A program made the position numbers and the translations under genes. The notes below the pieces were generated by a model. The model was given only the letters and a program-made list of their open reading frames with translations. It did no database searches and had not been told where the DNA came from. A DNA stretch of 51,607 nucleotides, taken from the IMG/VR virus record IMGVR_UViG_3300020336_000010, positions 1 through 51,607 of that record; one strand, written 5' to 3'. The DNA comes from a virus (lineage: Duplodnaviria; Caudoviricetes). Positions 46,088-51,607 of the stretch are shown here, in pieces. How positions within the stretch are numbered: the stretch's first letter is position 1; every line of letters begins with the position of its first letter.

Positions 46088-47118
46088 TATATTGTCCTTT
46101 GTTTAAATAAATTTTGTATACCATTGTGCATCGGTCCGCGTTCCGGGGGGAACATGCCTTGTGGCCTGATCACTGGACCGCCGTTCGCGAAGGCATATGA
46201 AAACTCAGTGTTGTAACTTGGTTGCCCTTCCGATGGTATTACTGTTCCTATGTTCAAATTCTTATTGCCGTCGTTATAGTTAACGCCACCAAAAAATACA
46301 TCGTCCATACTATTATAATAACCCTGGCTTGACAAACCTTCTTTACGGATCGGTATTGAGTAGCCTTGGTGTTTTTTGCTTTCCATAAGTTTAACTAATT
46401 CATTAATCTGATGGTATTTTGCTTGCATACGTACGCGTTTTTCATATTCTTCTCGCGTCATAGGTTGTACTAGATTACCGTCTTGATAACCAACTCGACC
46501 ACCTTGAGCAAAGCCATCATAATCTATTTTTGTAGTGTCTCTTAAAAAGTTAGCTACTTCTTCTTCAGCTTGCTCTTTAGTTAACTTACCGCCAGTAGCA
46601 AAATCCTCTATACTATTAATTGGTATCTTTAATTCATTAACACCATCTAAACTGTAATTCTCAAAATCTTGATATTCACCTTTTTGAAACTCACCAGCAT
46701 AAAACTCACCGTCTTGTGTAAAAGCTTTACCATCAGGTCGTCGCATTTCAGTTGCTGGAATATACTCAAAGCTAACTTGTTGAAAGTTATCGCCACGTGC
46801 GCTTACTTCAATATGACCACTTACTGCGTCTTCGTATAAACGATAGACATCTTTGCCGTTATCAAACTCATACACGTTAGTAGGGTTACGTCCGCCCGTT
46901 GCCGTTTGTACTTGTTTACCTTCGTTCATAATTCTATTAACTAATAATGGAAACCAATCCGGCATACCTTTAGCCGCCATCTCTGGCATAACTTTTGCTG
47001 CAGTTGTTGCAACTTTAGACGTCTTGCCAAATGGAATCATTAAACTAGCAATGCCGGCACCCATTCCACCTAAAAAGGTTCGTCGTGTCATTGGGAATTT
47101 TTTCTTATCGTCGGCCAC
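46087..47118 (-). CDS. Putative virion cargo protein with twin-arginine-like N-terminus and GG motifs
   Basis: Probable GTG start at 47118 (GGAG RBS); TRRTFLGG; FAQGGRVGYQDG; FANGG. Confidence 0.7.
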   Translation of the reverse strand: MADDKKKFPMTRRTFLGGMGAGIASLMIPFGKTSKVATTAAKVMPEMAAKGMPDWFPLLVNRIMNEGKQVQTATGGRNPTNVYEFDNGKDVYRLYEDAVSGHIEVSARGDNFQQVSFEYIPATEMRRPDGKAFTQDGEFYAGEFQKGEYQDFENYSLDGVNELKIPINSIEDFATGGKLTKEQAEEEVANFLRDTTKIDYDGFAQGGRVGYQDGNLVQPMTREEYEKRVRMQAKYHQINELVKLMESKKHQGYSIPIRKEGLSSQGYYNSMDDVFFGGVNYNDGNKNLNIGTVIPSEGQPSYNTEFSYAFANGGPVIRPQGMFPPERGPMHNGIQNLFKQRTI

Positions 47119-48367
47119 GATTTTTTGCTCCTTGGATAATACCACCCATTGCGTTTAAAGTTCTTTTACTATCTTTAAAAATAATATCTGTTAGATCAGT
47201 GCCTGAACCTTGTTGGTCGACAGCGTCATTTATTATATCTCTTATTCTGTTAGCTTCTTCTATGTCTCCTACTTCTATTGCTTCGTCCATAGCTCTATAA
47301 TAGTCGTCTATCACTTTTCTTTGACTGTTAAGTATTTTAGTTTCAGTTTGAATAGGTTTAAAAAGTGTTTCTTCTAACATCTGAGTAACTTTGTCATTTG
47401 CTTCCTTGTTCCGCGCTACGCTGTCCGCTGATGGTGAATAACCAGTCGCTGCTATGTCTTCGTCAGTTAAATATTTTGGTCGATAGTTTTCACCAGGCCA
47501 GTAGTCTGTCATGATGTTTAATTCGTTTCGGTTTTCGTAAGTGTTTTCAACAAACCCACTTTGTGAATCTATTTGTTTTGCTTTTGCATATTCAGCATCA
47601 AAGATCGGGTCAGCGTTTCTGTAAAGTGCATCATACTCAGCACGGGTAATAATACCTTCGTCTAAATTATACATCAGGTCTTGTTTCCATTGTGAAATGT
47701 TTGATGCTACTATTGACGTCTGTGACTTACCTTCAGGAAATAAAGTCTCACTAACTTTTTGTGGTTGGTTAAACGGATGGTTTGGTCCTGGCTTCATAGT
47801 GCCTTCGATATAATGACCTGATCTAACTAATTCATCATAATTAGAAACGTCTTCCGGCTTAGTTGCGTAAGCACCAACTTTTCTTTCTTTTTGTGTATTT
47901 GAAAAAGCACCCTTCGGTTGATCTAATTGATCTTGAGCTAATCTTGCTGCGTCTTCTTCAGCAAGAACATCTGCTTTACCAAAAAATTCATCAGGTGGAG
48001 ATTCAGTCGCAATAATGTCTCGCGCTGCTTGTTTACTTTCTGCTTCTTTCATTAATTTAAATTCGTCAAACGACATCGTGTCTGCGCCTTTGCCGTCAAT
48101 ATATTCAGCGCGCATTTCAGCTTCAATCATCTCATCTGTAGTTGAAAGTTTTTTAGCATCAGCAAGTGATGTAGTAATATCTGCAAGAACTTGATCTTCG
48201 TTTTTAGTCAAGAACGCTGTCACCATTTTTTCTGCGGTAGCTTTATCAACGTCCATGTCAGTGCCAACTTTAACTAGTTGGTCAACAGTCATGTTAGCTG
48301 TTTTAGAACCAAGTCCTTTGGAGTCTCCCAAGAAAGCTTGTTTTAAAAATTCAAAAAATCTTTTCAT
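47105..48367 (-). CDS. Acidic helical protein with C-terminal GG motif (putative virion cargo)
   Basis: Ends KRTLNAMGGIIQGAKNRGRR; between TerL and portal. Confidence 0.7.
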   Translation of the reverse strand: MKRFFEFLKQAFLGDSKGLGSKTANMTVDQLVKVGTDMDVDKATAEKMVTAFLTKNEDQVLADITTSLADAKKLSTTDEMIEAEMRAEYIDGKGADTMSFDEFKLMKEAESKQAARDIIATESPPDEFFGKADVLAEEDAARLAQDQLDQPKGAFSNTQKERKVGAYATKPEDVSNYDELVRSGHYIEGTMKPGPNHPFNQPQKVSETLFPEGKSQTSIVASNISQWKQDLMYNLDEGIITRAEYDALYRNADPIFDAEYAKAKQIDSQSGFVENTYENRNELNIMTDYWPGENYRPKYLTDEDIAATGYSPSADSVARNKEANDKVTQMLEETLFKPIQTETKILNSQRKVIDDYYRAMDEAIEVGDIEEANRIRDIINDAVDQQGSGTDLTDIIFKDSKRTLNAMGGIIQGAKNRGRR

Positions 48368-49833
48368 TAATAGTACGACCTTCGTTGCGGCTCTTCAGGT
48401 TCGTCTTCGTAATCTTCTGGATGTTCAACGAAGCCCCCTTGTCTAAACCTCATTAATGCTTGAGTCATGCTGTCCACTAAGTCATCGTGTTCGCCTAGCG
48501 GGAATGCAGCGCACTCCTCAATCATTTCTTCTGTAAACTTACGGTCTGGACACCAGACTTGTCCCGCCTCAAATAAAGGCGCAACCGCATTTACTCTAGT
48601 ATGTTTATCATTTCCACGGCTTGGTGTAAAGTTAATAACTGGTATACCCATTTTACGTAATTCGTAGGTTAACGGCAGTCCTGAAGCCTTGGCTTCCACG
48701 ATCACCGTTTCGGGATTCCAATAATCGAACTGCTCTTTTGCAATTCGACGCAATTCTGGAAACTCAAATCTATCTTTTACAACATCAAGTAGAATGATCA
48801 TCGGTCCGCTGTCCTCGTCTTTTTGGAACACGCCCCACGTAGTTATGGCGCTGTAGTCAGCAGTTTCTTTTTTCATAAACGCTGTGTCATAAGATTGGAT
48901 CACGTGCATTAGACTCGGCAACGTATCCGGTTTCCATATTTGCCACCACTCACGTTTTATAATACTACCTTCAGCTGCTGTTGGATTTTGCTGGTATTGC
49001 GCATTCCATTTTTGTATACTCACCGATGCTTTCACCGCTTCTAACTCTTCTAGCTTCCAATAACCAGGCCACACCGGATTACCGCTGGGCAAGATTGCAG
49101 GGAATTCTATCACTTCCCATTGGTCTGCTTTTGGTTCTGCTTGTGCTTTTTGCAGCTTACCAGTTAAGTCAGCGACCGACCAACGCGTCATCACAACAAT
49201 TATCCTGCCTCCAGGTTGCAAACGCTGCCGCGGTCCAGAAGTATACCACTCATACACTCGATCGTAACTGGCCATGTTCATTGCGTCCTGCTCAGAATGT
49301 GGATCATCAATAATTAAAAGATCAGCACCACGACCGGTTATCGAACCGCCGACACCAGCAGCATAATATTCGCCACCTTGATCGGTTTCCCATTTACCTG
49401 CAGCTTTTGAATCTTCTCTTAATCTTGTGTTAAATACGTTTTTAAATTCTTCCTGTTCCATCAGCGTTTTTGCTTTACGACCAAATCGTACTGCAAGTTC
49501 CGCGTTGTTTGTTGCTTGAATTATTTTTAGATCAGGTTTGTTACCGATCATCCATGCAGGTAAATAGTTAGATGCAAACTCAGACTTTGTATGTCTTGGT
49601 GCCATGTTGATAATTAATCTTTTTAATTCACCTTTAGCTACGCGATTAAATTTCTCAGCCATTATCTTATGGTGTTCACCTTCAATAAATTCTGGCCACA
49701 TGTGTTTTACAAAAGCTAAAAAGTCATCGCGGATTAATTGTTCTTTTTTCTTTTTGTCAAGAAGCAGCATTGTCTGCATGTATTCTTTTCTAGAATCCGG
49801 TGGGAGATTTTGTATTTGTTCGGGTGTTAGCAT
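48367..49833 (-). CDS. terL: Terminase large subunit
   Basis: INMAPRHTKSE (Walker A variant), LLIIDDPH (Walker B), VMTRW, YQQNP, SYDTA, HDDLVDSMTQAL. Confidence 0.95.
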   Translation of the reverse strand: MLTPEQIQNLPPDSRKEYMQTMLLLDKKKKEQLIRDDFLAFVKHMWPEFIEGEHHKIMAEKFNRVAKGELKRLIINMAPRHTKSEFASNYLPAWMIGNKPDLKIIQATNNAELAVRFGRKAKTLMEQEEFKNVFNTRLREDSKAAGKWETDQGGEYYAAGVGGSITGRGADLLIIDDPHSEQDAMNMASYDRVYEWYTSGPRQRLQPGGRIIVVMTRWSVADLTGKLQKAQAEPKADQWEVIEFPAILPSGNPVWPGYWKLEELEAVKASVSIQKWNAQYQQNPTAAEGSIIKREWWQIWKPDTLPSLMHVIQSYDTAFMKKETADYSAITTWGVFQKDEDSGPMIILLDVVKDRFEFPELRRIAKEQFDYWNPETVIVEAKASGLPLTYELRKMGIPVINFTPSRGNDKHTRVNAVAPLFEAGQVWCPDRKFTEEMIEECAAFPLGEHDDLVDSMTQALMRFRQGGFVEHPEDYEDEPEEPQRRSYY

Positions 49834-49885
49834 TTGAAAAAATTTTATAAAAAATTTTGCACCTTTTGTTTTAAGTGTGAAAACG

Positions 49886-49914
49886 ATTTTATCGGTTATA
49901 AACGTTTAAATCAA
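49886..49914 (-). promoter_or_regulatory. Sigma70-like promoter for the late operon
   Basis: TTGATT-17 bp-TAAAAT upstream of terL. Confidence 0.6.
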
Positions 49915-50061
49915 GCTATATATAGTAGGTATTAGGATCCCTATATACTACATGTGGTGTACCCCCCGACCTTGCCAAAGCTCATTTGAGATTGGACTGG
50001 TACCTCTATTGCCTTGCCAGTTTAGAATGAGTCTAATGTGCAAAGATAATTAAATAAATGT

Positions 50062-50090
50062 TTGACAGTATTATATGAATATGGGAAATT
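50062..50090 (+). promoter_or_regulatory. Probable early promoter
   Basis: Perfect TTGACA with an AT-rich upstream tract; -10 element weak. Confidence 0.45.
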
Positions 50091-50118
50091 ATTACATAAC
50101 TAACAGAAAGGATAACTA

Positions 50119-50193
50119 ATGAATAATGGAATATGGGAACTATCATTCGTACTTATATTTATAGGTATGTGTGTTGGGTGGGCAATGCTATGA
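50119..50193 (+). CDS. 24 aa hydrophobic peptide (not in ORF track)
   Basis: MNNGIWELSFVLIFIGMCVGWAML; AGAAAGGA RBS; ATGA coupling. Confidence 0.6.
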   Translation: MNNGIWELSFVLIFIGMCVGWAML

Positions 50194-50345
50194 GTAAGAC
50201 AGGACAATGGGTATTGCAAATGCAAGAGGAAGCTCAAGTTATGACATTCAATCAATTCTTGAGTAAGTGGGGTGAGCAGTATGCTGACCTATGGACTGAA
50301 CAAAACATTATATCAGTATTGGAGGATTACAATGAGATATCTTAG
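50190..50345 (+). CDS. Small early protein (start MSKTGQW at 50190)
   Basis: ATGA overlap with the upstream peptide. Confidence 0.65.
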   Translation: MSKTGQWVLQMQEEAQVMTFNQFLSKWGEQYADLWTEQNIISVLEDYNEIS

Positions 50346-50433
50346 TAAAGAGGGTTGGCTATTCGTAGCAGTCATACTCGCTGGATTATACTTTCCAGCG
50401 AGGGCCATTGTGTTTTGGGTGTGGGGAATATGA
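50332..50433 (+). CDS. 33 aa hydrophobic peptide (not in ORF track)
   Basis: MRYLSKEGWLFVAVILAGLYFPARAIVFWVWGI; GGAGG RBS; ATGA coupling. Confidence 0.65.
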   Translation: MRYLSKEGWLFVAVILAGLYFPARAIVFWVWGI

Positions 50434-50693
50434 GAAGTAGTGCAAGATACTGTGCTAATTGTGGTAAGAAGTTTTACCCCAATGCATATAGCTCATACCC
50501 ACAAGCGGAGTATGAATATCATTCTTCAACTAGAGAAACCACGAGGCATGAAGTAGAATCAAGCCACAAGCACTTCCATTCATTGAGTTGCATGAAAGAG
50601 TGGATTGCAAAAAACTCTCGAGAGTTCTCTAATTTAATTGACAACATATCACATAATGTGATAGAAGAAACTAGCAACCAACAGAAAGGATAA
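50430..50693 (+). CDS. Early Zn-finger protein (start MRSSARYC at 50430)
   Basis: CANC...FHSLSCMKEW. Confidence 0.7.
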   Translation: MRSSARYCANCGKKFYPNAYSSYPQAEYEYHSSTRETTRHEVESSHKHFHSLSCMKEWIAKNSREFSNLIDNISHNVIEETSNQQKG

Positions 50694-50696
50694 TTT

Positions 50697-51607
50697 ATGG
50701 AAGCTAATAAACTAAGACTAAACCAACAGAAGCGACAACTCTTAAAAAAAGAGTGGGCGTCAACTGTTTGGAATAAAACACCAATGGAAGTTGAGGACAA
50801 TCTAAGACTTGCCATTGATAATTACAGAACAGTAAAACAACAAACTTGGGATAATGTAATCACACCAATAATGGATAAGAAGTTTCCACTAGAGGACATG
50901 GAAGTATTAGCCAAGTACGATAATGGTCGTAGTCATTACAGATCATTCACAGAAGTAGATCAATGCTTTTATTTTAAGCCGACACATACTGATAGTAGTG
51001 AAAGCCAATACAAGTGGACTATTTCTGACCATGAAATGAGAGCATTGTACCACTTCGAGTTGCAAGAGAAAGGACACCAAGCGACACTAGAAGTTGAGTA
51101 TGATGAAACTAAAAGAGATCGCAACCCTCACTACCACGAAAAAACAAAAGCTATGGAAGAAGATTTAGCAAAAGTATCAGCTAGTCTTGATCGTGGCTTA
51201 TGGCATAAAGATAGTTATAATAGATATGGTAGAAATGGTTATAGTGATGACATATCTGCTTTCAGTCGTTTAGTACCCAATACAGGCGGGTGTCATTCTC
51301 GTACCATGATGTGTGAAGAACACCATTGGGAACAACTCAAGATGTATGCAAAGGCTCAAAGTTATTTGCAAAACGCACACCGAGAGTTGTGGGAAATGAA
51401 ATACGAGTTAATCAAGGATATGAATAGTATCATTGACCAAGCTAAGTTCTTATCTGATGTCAAAGAGTATTGGCAAGATGTCGAGGATTGTGTTTCGTTT
51501 GAGACAAGTGATCTATCAAGAGAACTATCTATTGTGTCTGATGATACAAAAGAAAGACTAAGACATTCACTAGCAATAAGACAATCTGCTAGAGAACAGC
51601 AACCAAA
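50697..51607 (+). CDS. Partial early protein; C-terminal part weakly Nmad5-like
   Basis: Open frame from ATG 50697 (AGAAAGGA RBS) to the window end: MEANKLRLNQQKRQLL...IIDQAKFLSDVKEYWQD. Confidence 0.75.
   Translation, partial: MEANKLRLNQQKRQLLKKEWASTVWNKTPMEVEDNLRLAIDNYRTVKQQTWDNVITPIMDKKFPLEDMEVLAKYDNGRSHYRSFTEVDQCFYFKPTHTDSSESQYKWTISDHEMRALYHFELQEKGHQATLEVEYDETKRDRNPHYHEKTKAMEEDLAKVSASLDRGLWHKDSYNRYGRNGYSDDISAFSRLVPNTGGCHSRTMMCEEHHWEQLKMYAKAQSYLQNAHRELWEMKYELIKDMNSIIDQAKFLSDVKEYWQDVEDCVSFETSDLSRELSIVSDDTKERLRHSLAIRQSAREQQP

Noticed and set aside
347-49837. Numerous short opposite-strand ORFs in the ORF track (e.g. 3845-4108, 16470-16976, 10400-10738)
   Set aside because: Antisense to well-supported genes, with typical shadow composition
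1-51607. tRNA, rRNA, integrase or IS elements
   Set aside because: None recognised; intergenic gaps are short and accounted for by promoters and hairpins (tRNAscan not run)

Overview
The window is most of the genome of an AT-rich dsDNA tailed phage with podovirus-like gene content. It resembles the HTVC023P-type marine pelagiphage group; that assignment and a SAR11/alphaproteobacterial host are inferences from gene content, not database hits. Layout: (1) 1-10.1 kb, minus strand: accessory and replication genes (2OG-Fe(II) oxygenase, isolated RNR TSCPD-like fragment, Leu762-type PolA, DUF3310, UvrD-like helicase, AEP primase, SSB-like protein, several unlisted Zn-finger/RHH mini-ORFs). (2) A lone plus-strand SNF2 helicase behind an overlapping bidirectional promoter. 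(3) 11.6-49.8 kb, minus strand: the late module (TerL, portal, GroES, scaffold, major capsid, adaptors, tail fibres including a collagen/S74 fibre, ejection proteins up to 2481 aa, Lys-rich mini proteins, M15 endolysin). (4) From 50.1 kb, plus-strand early genes. No integrase, tRNA, CRISPR or reverse transcriptase was seen. The main candidate system is a short tag, roughly (R/K)-x-x-(F/Y/M/N/K)-(A/K/N)-x-G-G, repeated in at least seven otherwise unrelated putative internal-virion proteins. It falls at domain boundaries next to an HNH nuclease segment, a beta-signal-like segment and a tape-measure-like DDVPAMLSxxEFV domain, which suggests a cargo-loading or processing system. Also notable: a pseudoknotted 5'UTR after the capsid gene and RNA hairpins bracketing the SSB gene.
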